Notes under the pieces: generated by a model | Told to the model about the DNA's origin: nothing | Database searches by the model: none | What the model saw: the letters and a program-made list of their open reading frames with translations, nothing else | NCBI GenBank assembly: GCA_963666205.1 | Contig: OY762654.1 | Span: 768,001-832,000, forward strand | Origin: Synergistales bacterium | GTDB taxonomy: Bacteria; Synergistota; Synergistia; Synergistales; JAFGMB01 | Length of the DNA: 64,000 nt | Direction of reading: 5' to 3' | Translations under genes and position numbers: made by a program | Shown: piece after piece, positions 20,363 to 29,756 of the stretch | How the letters are laid out: each line of letters opens with the position of its first letter | Numbering within the stretch: position 1 is the first letter of the stretch

Positions 20363-21349
20363 TTACTTTGTATTGAGTATCGAATCGATCAGGTCTTTAC
20401 CGAACTTATCCTGATATTTTTCATAAACTGGCTTGACGGCCTCTCTGAAGGCGGCAAGATCTGGCTGGGTAACCACCATTCCCTTATCCTTAAGGAACTG
20501 GAGCCATTCTGCCGCATTGTCATTATCGAGTTTCCGGTTGTACTCAGCTGCAGCATGGGCAGATTTCTGAACCAGGTTCTGCTGTTCAGGAGAAAGTTTA
20601 TTCCAGGTTTTCATACCTACCATGATGACATTGGGTGCATAAGCATGCCTTGTGATGGAGAGGTACTTCTGGGTTTCATAGAGTTTGAAGGCAACAATAA
20701 CATTGAGGGGATTTTCCTGGCCATCAACTGTACCCTGCTGAAGGGCTGTGAGTACTTCTGTCCAGGCCATGGGAACCGCATTTGCACCAAGGGCCTTGAA
20801 GGAATCAACGTAAACCGGGTTCTGCATAAGGCGTATCTTGAGTCCTTTAATATCTTCAGGGGTCTTGACTTCCCTCTTGCTGTTGGTCAGATTGCGAAAA
20901 CCTCTTTCCCCGTATGCCAGCCCCTTCCAGCCAAACTGTTCCATATCATTGAGCATCTGCTGCCCCACTGGGCCGTCCAGGACCTTATAAGCATGCTCCG
21001 GACTGCTGAAAATGAAGGGTAGATCAAAGACACCGAAACTGGGCATGAAATTGATAATCGGACCACCGGTGATGATTCCGGCATCTACAACTCCCAGTTT
21101 CATTCTTTCAAGAAGGGTTCTCTCGTCTCCAAGTTTTGCATTGGGGAAAATGGTAACCTTCAGTTCACCATCACTACCGGCTTCCACCAGCTCCTTGAAC
21201 TTTAATGCGCACTGATGGAAGGCATCCTTTTCATTTACGACATGGGCAAGCCTGATAGTAGTAACAGCAAATGCCATCGAACTGAATAAAGACACAACAA
21301 GAGCACTGAGCAAGATCGTACTTATTACTTTTTTCATTATCCGAATCAT
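20363..21349 (-). CDS. dctP: TRAP transporter substrate-binding protein
   Basis: Signal peptide; GFRNLTN, GLKIR, GTVDGQENP. Confidence 0.93.
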   Translation of the reverse strand: MIRIMKKVISTILLSALVVSLFSSMAFAVTTIRLAHVVNEKDAFHQCALKFKELVEAGSDGELKVTIFPNAKLGDERTLLERMKLGVVDAGIITGGPIINFMPSFGVFDLPFIFSSPEHAYKVLDGPVGQQMLNDMEQFGWKGLAYGERGFRNLTNSKREVKTPEDIKGLKIRLMQNPVYVDSFKALGANAVPMAWTEVLTALQQGTVDGQENPLNVIVAFKLYETQKYLSITRHAYAPNVIMVGMKTWNKLSPEQQNLVQKSAHAAAEYNRKLDNDNAAEWLQFLKDKGMVVTQPDLAAFREAVKPVYEKYQDKFGKDLIDSILNTK

Positions 21350-21359
21350 CCTCCTTTTA

Positions 21360-21422
21360 TTGGTCCTACCAAGGTACTACCAACTTAAACTAGATTATAG
21401 TATGATATAAAAAAATTGACAA
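21360..21422 (-). promoter_or_regulatory. dctP promoter with tandem FadR-type operators
   Basis: Minus-strand TTGTCA (21422-21417), 17 nt spacer, TATAAT (21399-21394). TTGGT-CCT-ACCAA (21360-21372) and GGT-ACT-ACCAA (21373-21383) lie between the promoter and the RBS. Confidence 0.7.
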
Positions 21423-21450
21423 GGATCCTTTCATCCTGCAGGAGGCAGAC

Positions 21451-22146
21451 ATGGAAACCAAGAGAGCAATACTTGTTGAAAAAATCACAGAACTGATCCG
21501 GGAGGGCCATTTAATCAAGGAAAACAAACTCCCTCCAGAAAGGGAATTTGCAAAAATGCTGGGGGTAAGCAGAAATCTTCTGAGGGAGGCACTTGTGACC
21601 CTTGAATGTCTTGGATACATTGAAATGCATGGAAGAGAAGGCATCTTTATTAAGGAAATAGATCTTGCAGATCTTGACAGCGGTTTAAGGAACATCAGCA
21701 TCTGGCCTGAAGACATGATGCAGCAGCTAATGGAAATGCGCCTCCTTACGGAGATCCCTGCTTCAGGTCTTGCCGCTGAACGAAGAACACCAGAGCAACT
21801 GGACAGGCTCATAGAATGCATCCATCAGCTTGAAAGGATCCACATTAACGGAGAAGATCATGAGGGAGAAGGTGCACACTGGGATTCTCTTCTACACACT
21901 CTCATAATTGATTCCGCTAACAATAAATTATTATCCCGTGTATATGAAGGACTTTCTGCGGTTATGGAAAAATATATCGGAAACAGCAGGAGGAGGCTTT
22001 TCCCTTACCTGGAATGGCCAGAAAAGATCCTTAGACAGCACCAGCAGATGGTCGTTGCAATTGTTGAAAGGGATAGTGAAAGAGCAAAAGGTCTTGCCCG
22101 GGAACATATCTTTGAAGCAATGAAACAGTTGAAAGTATTTCATTGA
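21451..22146 (+). CDS. GntR/FadR family transcriptional regulator
   Basis: LPPEREFAKMLGVSRNLLREAL wHTH plus FCD domain; divergent from dctP. Confidence 0.93.
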   Translation: METKRAILVEKITELIREGHLIKENKLPPEREFAKMLGVSRNLLREALVTLECLGYIEMHGREGIFIKEIDLADLDSGLRNISIWPEDMMQQLMEMRLLTEIPASGLAAERRTPEQLDRLIECIHQLERIHINGEDHEGEGAHWDSLLHTLIIDSANNKLLSRVYEGLSAVMEKYIGNSRRRLFPYLEWPEKILRQHQQMVVAIVERDSERAKGLAREHIFEAMKQLKVFH

Positions 22147-22354
22147 CCCACCGCAAGAATTCAGCCCAGAATCTAACTGCGAAAGGGATATTCATTCCTG
22201 TATAGCCGGCAACATTCCGCAATGAGTGATAATTTATCGCCGTCTAACCTGGTATAAAATCCCGACAGGAAATCTGTAATAGCTAAAAGACAACGTTAAC
22301 TGTTTTCAGTTGTTTATGGGGAACGATGGCAAATAGAGCAATCATTCCTGTGTA

Positions 22355-22873
22355 TCACAACAACCCCTGAATTCCCATCGTTCTTATAAGCCATGGATAA
22401 ACCGGTGCCATCATATAAGGATTGAGAGAAAACATTACGAACATTCCCATTGCCATTGCAGAATGCAGGATGGAGAGAATACCCCTGTATGTTTCCCTGT
22501 GAGCAATCACACCTAATGCACCTTCACAGATAAAAAATGCGAGCACATGCATGATCCATTTATGCTCTGCCCCTGGGAGATGCGTATATCGGATAACCCT
22601 TAAAACACAGTAACCGGACCATATTCCAAGAACATAAATCTGTGACAGGGAAAGCACCACCCTAAGGGACCCTGCCGCTATTCCTGGAAGAGGTCCCCGT
22701 AAATCCTCTTCAGCATGCCTTTTTTCAAGGCTTTCAGCAAGATCATGAACAGACTGCACCCGTGGTAAGACATATCGGGAATAAGAACTCGACAGGATCC
22801 AGGCCCATAGAAGCATGGGGAAAAGACATTTCAGTATCAGAACCAAAACAGGCACCTCCATAATATGTGACAA
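22355..22873 (-). CDS. Hypothetical membrane protein
   Basis: 172-aa ORF with about four hydrophobic segments; no recognised motif. Confidence 0.6.
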   Translation of the reverse strand: MSHIMEVPVLVLILKCLFPMLLWAWILSSSYSRYVLPRVQSVHDLAESLEKRHAEEDLRGPLPGIAAGSLRVVLSLSQIYVLGIWSGYCVLRVIRYTHLPGAEHKWIMHVLAFFICEGALGVIAHRETYRGILSILHSAMAMGMFVMFSLNPYMMAPVYPWLIRTMGIQGLL

Positions 22874-22968
22874 TTCTTATTACCGGCACTAATTTTACCA
22901 GAGATATTATATAAAGACTCTGAACACAACCTGTTTCATGAATGAATGACCGTCCTGTTGACCAGAGC

Positions 22969-24549
22969 TTACTCCGACTCCTGGTTTACAAGGATCTTAA
23001 GAAAAGAATCATGAAGGGATTCTCCCCTGGCAATAAAAGAATCCACATTTCCCAAAGATTCCCTGAACTCGTTAATGCCTTTGCCGATCCTGTCATCCTG
23101 CATTATAGGTCTCATCTTTTTTGATATTTCCATAAGCTCTTCTTCAATCCTTCTAACAGAAAGGGCGAATATGCCATAACTCTCTCCCCTCATAAATCTA
23201 CTCATATTTTCCGGAATTTCCAGGGAAACCGAGAGCTGTTGAGGATCAATAACTCCTGCCAGAAGCTGTTTGTTTCGGCAAGCAATGGTAAGGCCCATTA
23301 CAGAATCAATGCCATAAACCCTCTCCCATTCGGGAATTTCGATCTGTTTTAAAGGGAAGGGTAAATTAAGCAAAGGGACAATTGACATGAATTTTTCGGT
23401 AATACCCTCCTTTTCAGGCTGAAACATTACGTAACACCCGGGGATTTCACCTAAAGGACTGAAGGATTTTCCGCCAATGACAAGGGAAAAACTGCCTCCA
23501 AAGAGATCAACAATGTCCTCCAGGGTAATACCGTAGAGTTTATGGAAATATTCCAACCCAAGCCTTGCTTCTGAAGCCCTGGGATCATTCAGCATTTTTT
23601 CTATCCTCGAACGGTCAAGACTGGAAGTCCTCCCATGTATAAAACCTATAACCTGCCCTCCTCCCGGAAATTCTGGAATATCCCTTATAGGCCTGCAGGA
23701 CTTGCGCTGTTCTTCAGACATGAATATATCAGCAGCATTTGAATGTGATCTGATCGTCCATCCTTCATTATCCTTCTGGAAAGAGACCTCTAAAATCACC
23801 GGCTTTTCAGAAAAAATATTCACACCCTCTGATTCCAGCAATTCTTTGAACATCGAAGTATCCATGGATAAATAAATACTGTTCATTTCCGTCAGTTTCT
23901 GTTGAATCTCCAATTTCCCGGAAGGATCAGCTGCTGCTGTAATCATATCCCTGAGTCCTTCAGTTCCAGAGGAAAAAAGAAGAAATACCGGACCAGTCCC
24001 GAAAAGAGCTACAGATATGGTCATTCCAGTAGTTTTATCAAAGATCTGATAGAGGGGGAGAACATCCTCGCCCAGGTCTGCATTATATGGGATTACAGTA
24101 AGATCATCAGTCTTCGAGGATATCTGATCAAAAAAAGACTTCAGGAGCAACTCTGGTTCCTTCTCCTTTATTACGGAAACTCCGTAAAGACTGATCCCCG
24201 GCATCTGATCTCCCGTTCTGACTGAAAAAAAGATCCTGGATTCACCCAGAAAAGGGAAATATTCTTTTATACACTCTCCCAGGAATCCAGGATCCTGAAC
24301 TGCTTCTGGAGATGTGGAATTCGCGGTCTCCGTCATCTTCTCTGCGAAATAGTCTGTAACATGGACTAAAGGACCGGTAAAAGCTTCTGAGTCAAACATT
24401 TTTACCAGTAGAAAAGTATTATCTTCCTCTACTCTGGAAGGAATGAAATCTCCCGTAACAAGTGTAACGGGTAGGGGCTTGGACAACATGTAGTAAGCTC
24501 CAGTACATAAAAACACGAGAATCGCCAGTAACGTAAGGATCTTTTTCAT
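22969..24549 (-). CDS. Hypothetical exported / membrane-anchored protein
   Basis: 526 aa, N-terminal MKK plus hydrophobic segment; family not recognised. Confidence 0.75.
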   Translation of the reverse strand: MKKILTLLAILVFLCTGAYYMLSKPLPVTLVTGDFIPSRVEEDNTFLLVKMFDSEAFTGPLVHVTDYFAEKMTETANSTSPEAVQDPGFLGECIKEYFPFLGESRIFFSVRTGDQMPGISLYGVSVIKEKEPELLLKSFFDQISSKTDDLTVIPYNADLGEDVLPLYQIFDKTTGMTISVALFGTGPVFLLFSSGTEGLRDMITAAADPSGKLEIQQKLTEMNSIYLSMDTSMFKELLESEGVNIFSEKPVILEVSFQKDNEGWTIRSHSNAADIFMSEEQRKSCRPIRDIPEFPGGGQVIGFIHGRTSSLDRSRIEKMLNDPRASEARLGLEYFHKLYGITLEDIVDLFGGSFSLVIGGKSFSPLGEIPGCYVMFQPEKEGITEKFMSIVPLLNLPFPLKQIEIPEWERVYGIDSVMGLTIACRNKQLLAGVIDPQQLSVSLEIPENMSRFMRGESYGIFALSVRRIEEELMEISKKMRPIMQDDRIGKGINEFRESLGNVDSFIARGESLHDSFLKILVNQESE

Positions 24550-24662
24550 CCCTTCAGTACGCCCCTTTCGGAAAATAACGTGAGTTGTCGTTAAAAAAAA
24601 GAAATATAAATTTATATTTTAATGGTAACATGTACTGCATTATTTTATCCTAACTACAAAAG

Positions 24663-24690
24663 GAAAAGAGGGCCCATGGACCCTCTTTTC
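24663..24690 (-). terminator. Intrinsic terminator
   Basis: gaaaagaggg-N8-ccctcttttc downstream of the minus-strand gene ending at 24730. Confidence 0.6.
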
Positions 24691-24729
24691 TTAATCACTT
24701 CGAACCACATCGGGAAATACTACTTTGAA

Positions 24730-25086
24730 CTAGACCAGTTTAAGGGTTCTCTGTTTCTGTTCATCATCAATAAAATAAGCGAGCATAACCCCATGGTCAT
24801 CTGCTTTAAGTTCCTCGAAATGGGGACACTTGCCCTCTATCTTGTATTCCTTTGCAGCTTCCCGGACACAGGCATCCAGCTGTTCATTACAGATAGGACA
24901 GTTGAAGGATAAACATCTGTCTCCGACGGCGCTTAGATCTACCGGCAATTCTTCTCCGAAATCATTCACAAAGAAAACTACAGAGTCTTTCTCATCAACC
25001 CTTTCAAAATGGTCGCATCCCTGGTGAAATTGCCCATGTTCCCTCCCATAAGTTATCTTTCCGCAAATCGGACATTCCACCTTCAT
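24730..25086 (-). CDS. Small protein with a duplicated CxxC...CxH putative metal-binding module
   Basis: CPIC...CDHFE and CPIC...CPHFE repeats; G-rich RBS upstream; start is 25086 or 25098. Confidence 0.7.
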   Translation of the reverse strand: MKVECPICGKITYGREHGQFHQGCDHFERVDEKDSVVFFVNDFGEELPVDLSAVGDRCLSFNCPICNEQLDACVREAAKEYKIEGKCPHFEELKADDHGVMLAYFIDDEQKQRTLKLV

Positions 25087-25321
25087 ATAATGTTTCAATT
25101 TCCTCCCCCCCTTATCCAGGTTAACAATAACCTCGGTACATTTAGCAGGATTTAAAAGCATATCTGGAAGAATAACCCCGTCTCCGCTTTTTTAGTATAT
25201 CATGTCAACACGGTATCTGGCTAACCTGGAAGATTGTATGGCATCAGGATCTGTGCTAGACTGTTTCCTCGTCGATCTGAGATCAATCATTTCTGTTGAA
25301 ATAACACAGGGGGAAAAGAAT

Positions 25322-26026
25322 TTGCAGGACTATTTTTTAGATATACCGGCCTTCGGGACTCTGCTTAACACGGCTGCAGCTACTTTTGGAGGCTTGTTCG
25401 GACTGGCCGTTCACTCACGATTATCCGAAAGGTTTAACACCATATGCTTTCAGGCCCTGGGATTATTTACCCTTGTAGCAGGTATTTCGATGGCCCTGTC
25501 AAGCAATAACATGCTTATCATGGTGTTCAGCATTGTTGCTGGTTCTGTTATAGGGGAAACATTAAGAATAGATGATAGAATTACCGGCCTTTCAGTGGGA
25601 AATACAGACCCTGTAAAGGGAAAAACCAGATTCCGGGAGGGTTTTATTACAGCTTCTCTCTTGTATTGCACAGGGTCTCTGGGGGTCCTTGGGGCCATCG
25701 AAGAGGGTCTGGGAGGTATTCCCAACCTTTTGATAGCCAAATCCCTCCTTGATGGGATCGCATCTTTAACCCTGGCGTCTTCACTCGGAGGGGGAGTTGT
25801 ACTGGCGGCCCTGCCTCTTCTGATATACCAGGGAAGCATTACGCTCTTTGCATTCTATTTAAAGGATATACTTTCAGAGGCCGTATTACACGAGATAAGT
25901 GGTGTCGGAGGAATAATCCTGATTGGTATTGCCATGAATATCCTGGAGATTAAAAAACTGAGAATAATGAACATGCTTCCAGCTCTTGTCGTTTCTTTCA
26001 TCCTGGCCCTCTACTTTATCAGATAA
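25322..26026 (+). CDS. DUF554 family membrane protein
   Basis: GTLLN, EGFITASLLYCTGS, KSLLDG, YQG and NMLPAL motifs; TTG start after AGGGGG. Confidence 0.85.
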   Translation: MQDYFLDIPAFGTLLNTAAATFGGLFGLAVHSRLSERFNTICFQALGLFTLVAGISMALSSNNMLIMVFSIVAGSVIGETLRIDDRITGLSVGNTDPVKGKTRFREGFITASLLYCTGSLGVLGAIEEGLGGIPNLLIAKSLLDGIASLTLASSLGGGVVLAALPLLIYQGSITLFAFYLKDILSEAVLHEISGVGGIILIGIAMNILEIKKLRIMNMLPALVVSFILALYFIR

Positions 26027-26042
26027 ATTCATATCACCAGGA

Positions 26043-27002
26043 TCAGTGTATATAAGATTTCCGAAGAAAAAGAGATTCCTCCACCAGGAATCTCAGGAAA
26101 TCCGGGAAGCTTGATCCCGCAGCCCTTGCTGCCTTTGGGACAAGGCTGGTTGATGTCATCCCTGGCACTGTGTTCACTTCAAGGACCCGCGGTTCTCCGC
26201 TATGGGTAAGTCGTATATCTATTCTTGCATATACCCTGCATCCAAGGGCACGAAAAGCATTCCTTGCTGCCTCGACCACAGACTGCAGGACCCATCCTTC
26301 CAGGGGAGCCGGAACAAGATACTCACTTTTTCCACTGCTGTATTTAGCCTCATAGGTGTAGAATTTTTCTTTGGGAACAATTTCTACAACAGGAAGGACC
26401 TCTATAATTCCTTTTCTTTCTATTACAGTTATAGCAAGTTCCCTTCCAGCTATAAACTCTTCCACAATAACATTCCTGGAAAACCTGGAAGCAAAATTAA
26501 CCGCTTCGATCATATCTTCTCCATGATCCAGGATGCTTACCCCCACTGTACTGCCACATGAGTTTGGCTTGACTACGACCTTTCCGGGAAAAGGCGAAGG
26601 GCAAACACAAGAAGGAAGGGGATTTTCTCTGGAGTAAAAATTTGCAGGAATAATACATCCATCCGGAACGGGTACTCCGCTTATTCTGAAGATGCTTTTA
26701 CTCACCCATTTATCCATAGAAAGAGCACAGGCTTCGTAACCGGGCCCGGTATAGGGTATATTCATAAGATCAAGCAGAGCCTGGACCTGACCGTTCTCTC
26801 CCCAGCACCCGTGAAGGGCTATAAAAAAAAGATCAGGCTTTTCATCATCTGGCAATTTGATCAATTCTGCTGGTTTACTTATCAGGAAAGGCCTGACATC
26901 AAAACCGGCCTGGGAAAGGCCGCATATAACAGATTCTCCGCTTTTAAGAGAAACTTCTTTCTCAAAACCTTCTCCGCCATAGAGCACACCAATCTTTTTC
27001 AA
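26043..27002 (-). CDS. ddl: D-alanine--D-alanine ligase
   Basis: EVSLKSG, LHGCWGENG, MDK, GSTVG, FYTYEAKY, EVNTVPGMT. Confidence 0.94.
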   Translation of the reverse strand: MKKIGVLYGGEGFEKEVSLKSGESVICGLSQAGFDVRPFLISKPAELIKLPDDEKPDLFFIALHGCWGENGQVQALLDLMNIPYTGPGYEACALSMDKWVSKSIFRISGVPVPDGCIIPANFYSRENPLPSCVCPSPFPGKVVVKPNSCGSTVGVSILDHGEDMIEAVNFASRFSRNVIVEEFIAGRELAITVIERKGIIEVLPVVEIVPKEKFYTYEAKYSSGKSEYLVPAPLEGWVLQSVVEAARNAFRALGCRVYARIDIRLTHSGEPRVLEVNTVPGMTSTSLVPKAARAAGSSFPDFLRFLVEESLFLRKSYIH

Positions 27003-27122
27003 AACAGTCTTTCACCTGAACCTTCCATCGGGAGGATAGCTAATTGCAGAAAATAATAAATTCTGTCTTTATGAGACTCTTTCGGAAAGAACCTGATCGG
27101 ACTATTATAACAGGCATGAAGA

Positions 27123-27160
27123 AAGGGGAAAGGATGATCTTTCACTCATCCTTTCCCCTT
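27123..27160 (-). terminator. 15-bp hairpin after the dipeptidase gene
   Basis: aaggggaaaggatga-N8-tcatcctttcccctt. Confidence 0.65.
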
Positions 27161-27184
27161 AAGAATCGGACCTTTAAAGATCTG

Positions 27185-27967
27185 CTATTGAAAATCTCCT
27201 TTCCATCTCATTTCAGGATAGATCTTTCCGTAGATAGCGGGTGAGTCCATATCGATAACCCATGCCCAGTTCTGATTACCATAGTCATAATGCCACCATT
27301 CATCGGAATAATTAGTAAATCCAACACCTGTCATAAGGTTGAAAAGAAAGCGCCTGTTCCGGAGAATTTCATTTTCATCCCGTGATAATTCTCTTTTTCC
27401 CCCGGCAAGCTTCTCAAAGTAAGCTGTTTGAGAAAGAATTGAAGTATCGTCAAATCCGGATCCCATATTGAGCAGCAGACCCTGTTCATTGACAATACTA
27501 AGGTCTACAGCTCCCCCTGTTATATGGGGAGATGGGCTATCCGGACATACCGAAGGCAGAGCAACATACTGACACACCCTTGAGTTGAGATCCTCATCGG
27601 GAAGGTCAGGGTAAACACCTGCTATCTCTTCTTTCAGTATATGGAAAAGGTTTTTTTGAAGATATGGGGGTCTCCATCCATCAAATACAACAAACCGATA
27701 ACCTGAGGGCAGTTTTTCCGATGCCTCCGCCAACTTCAGGAACACACCTCTGCGAAGGAAACACTCCGGCATCGCTCCACGAAGACCCTGAATAAAATAC
27801 TCACTCCTTACAAGGATCTTTTCCGGTAATAAACTTACCGGGACCAGTTCCTCCCCATTGTCATCTATAGGGATACGGCGAGCGGCATCCCAATTCCACT
27901 CCGGCATTTGGGGAATGGGACGTGAAAACAGATGCTCCACCTTCTCCACAGTTACACCTTCTTTCAT
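27185..27967 (-). CDS. D-alanyl-D-alanine dipeptidase (M15D, VanX/DdpX family)
   Basis: FDGWRP, SPHITGGAVD, MGSGFDD and EWWHY zinc-peptidase motifs. Confidence 0.88.
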   Translation of the reverse strand: MKEGVTVEKVEHLFSRPIPQMPEWNWDAARRIPIDDNGEELVPVSLLPEKILVRSEYFIQGLRGAMPECFLRRGVFLKLAEASEKLPSGYRFVVFDGWRPPYLQKNLFHILKEEIAGVYPDLPDEDLNSRVCQYVALPSVCPDSPSPHITGGAVDLSIVNEQGLLLNMGSGFDDTSILSQTAYFEKLAGGKRELSRDENEILRNRRFLFNLMTGVGFTNYSDEWWHYDYGNQNWAWVIDMDSPAIYGKIYPEMRWKGDFQ

Positions 27968-27970
27968 TCT

Positions 27971-29260
27971 TCATAGATTCAGCAATTTCGGAATAATGGT
28001 CGTTATCGGTGGAAAGGTTATTATAACCAGCAGGACGAGCATTGCTACACCAATAAAGGGCCATATAACCTTAAAGACATCGCCAAGTTTTACCCTCCCG
28101 ACCGCCGCAACAATATAATTACATGCACCCATTGGAGGTGTGATAAGAGCAATCGTTACATTCAGGGTCATAACGATACCAAAATGCAGGGGGTCAATAC
28201 CTGCCTTTACAGCAAGAGGGGCAAATATCGGGGTCAGTAGAGTAAGGGTAGAGACTTCCTCCATGAACATTCCTACAGGAAAGATCACAGCACTCAGCAC
28301 TATCATCAATAGCCAGGGATTATGTATGAGTCCCGAACTTATGATAATGGACGCAAACTTCTGGGGTATCTGTTCCCACTTCAGTAACCACCCTATTACG
28401 GTAGCAGCCCCCATAATAAGGAATATGGAACTGGTAAGTCTTACAGTTTCATATATTGAATGACCAAGGTTTACAAGATCCAGTTTTTTGGTGTAGAAAA
28501 AACCTGCAACAAGACAATATGCAACTCCCAGGGCACCTGACTCGGTAGGAGTTACTATCCCCGTTACAATACCTCCAATTATTATAACTGGAGCGATAAG
28601 CGCAACTGCGGATCGGACAAGAATCTGCCTCGCCTGCTTGCGTACTTCACCAAAATCAGAGATGGGGACTTCATATTTACGGGAGTAATACCAGTTCATG
28701 CCCATAAAGGCAAGTCCAAGAACCAGTCCGGGAAGCATCCCTGCAGCAAACAGACCCCCTATGGATGTATTCGTCATAGTCGCATAGATGATCATGAAAA
28801 TACTGGGAGGAATTATAGGGCCGATAAGGGAACTGCTGGCTGTAAGACCCGCTGAATATGCAGGAGAGAATCCGTCCTTAACCATAGCTGGGATCAATAT
28901 TGATCCCAGGGCTGAAGCATCAGCCGCAGCAGAACCGTTCACTCCTGCAAGGATAATGCCGCCAACCACATTAACGTAACCCAGACCTCCCCTGACAGAA
29001 CCCACAAGAAGCCGGCTGAAATCGAGAAGCCGGTCGGTCAGGCCGGATCTGTTCATAAGGATACCCGCAAGTATGAAGAAGGGTATGGCCATAAGAGAAA
29101 AGATATCCATTCCTCCATAAAACTGCTGAGACATTATCCGCAAAAGAGACCAGTCGCCGAGATAGGCAATACCCGCAAAAGCCGCTGAAAGGAGAGAAAG
29201 ATAAAGGGGTACCCCTGCAACCATAAGCATGAAGAATAATACCAGCATTAAAAGAGCCAT
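27971..29260 (-). CDS. dctM: TRAP transporter large permease
   Basis: AIPFFILAG, GSAAAD, IIPPS, TPTES, ITPPMG. Confidence 0.93.
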   Translation of the reverse strand: MALLMLVLFFMLMVAGVPLYLSLLSAAFAGIAYLGDWSLLRIMSQQFYGGMDIFSLMAIPFFILAGILMNRSGLTDRLLDFSRLLVGSVRGGLGYVNVVGGIILAGVNGSAAADASALGSILIPAMVKDGFSPAYSAGLTASSSLIGPIIPPSIFMIIYATMTNTSIGGLFAAGMLPGLVLGLAFMGMNWYYSRKYEVPISDFGEVRKQARQILVRSAVALIAPVIIIGGIVTGIVTPTESGALGVAYCLVAGFFYTKKLDLVNLGHSIYETVRLTSSIFLIMGAATVIGWLLKWEQIPQKFASIIISSGLIHNPWLLMIVLSAVIFPVGMFMEEVSTLTLLTPIFAPLAVKAGIDPLHFGIVMTLNVTIALITPPMGACNYIVAAVGRVKLGDVFKVIWPFIGVAMLVLLVIITFPPITTIIPKLLNL

Positions 29261-29751
29261 TATTCTGATATCCCCGCTTTCCGTGATCTGAATTGCAGAA
29301 GAAGAAACATTACAAGGAGAAGGGCAAGACCTGCCGGAACAGACATGAGGGGTATGGTCTTGGGAATACCAAGAGCCATGGTCTTCATGTGCCAGATCTT
29401 AACTGCATTCATCAGACCGAGCCAGATCATAAGTCCAAGGATAAAGATAGAAAGAGCAAGTTTGAAATAATCTATTATTTTCTGTAACAGAGGAGGAAGT
29501 CTAGGAACAACAAAATCAATTACCATGTGATCACCATGATAATAGGCCCCTCCCGCAGCCATAAGTACAAGCCATACCAGGGAAAACCGTGCAACCTCCT
29601 CCGTCCAGATAATGGAACTTTTCAAAACATATCGGCAGAAGATGCCCAGCAGTATGTCCCCCACATTGATAACAAGGAGCGCCCCAGCGCTCCAGGCGCT
29701 GAGGCGTTCCAGTCTTCTGATCCAGAGATCGACAGCAGTCTTTTTACCCAT
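29260..29751 (-). CDS. dctQ: TRAP transporter small permease
   Basis: WTEEVARF, GDHMVID, four TM segments. Confidence 0.9.
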   Translation of the reverse strand: MGKKTAVDLWIRRLERLSAWSAGALLVINVGDILLGIFCRYVLKSSIIWTEEVARFSLVWLVLMAAGGAYYHGDHMVIDFVVPRLPPLLQKIIDYFKLALSIFILGLMIWLGLMNAVKIWHMKTMALGIPKTIPLMSVPAGLALLLVMFLLLQFRSRKAGISE

Positions 29752-29756
29752 ACCGG

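Noticed and set aside
26043-27967. Vancomycin-resistance cluster (ddl next to a VanX-like gene)
   Set aside because: The ligase has the ordinary FYTYEAKY loop, there is no vanH or vanRS, and a hairpin plus a separate extended -10 element separates the two genes.
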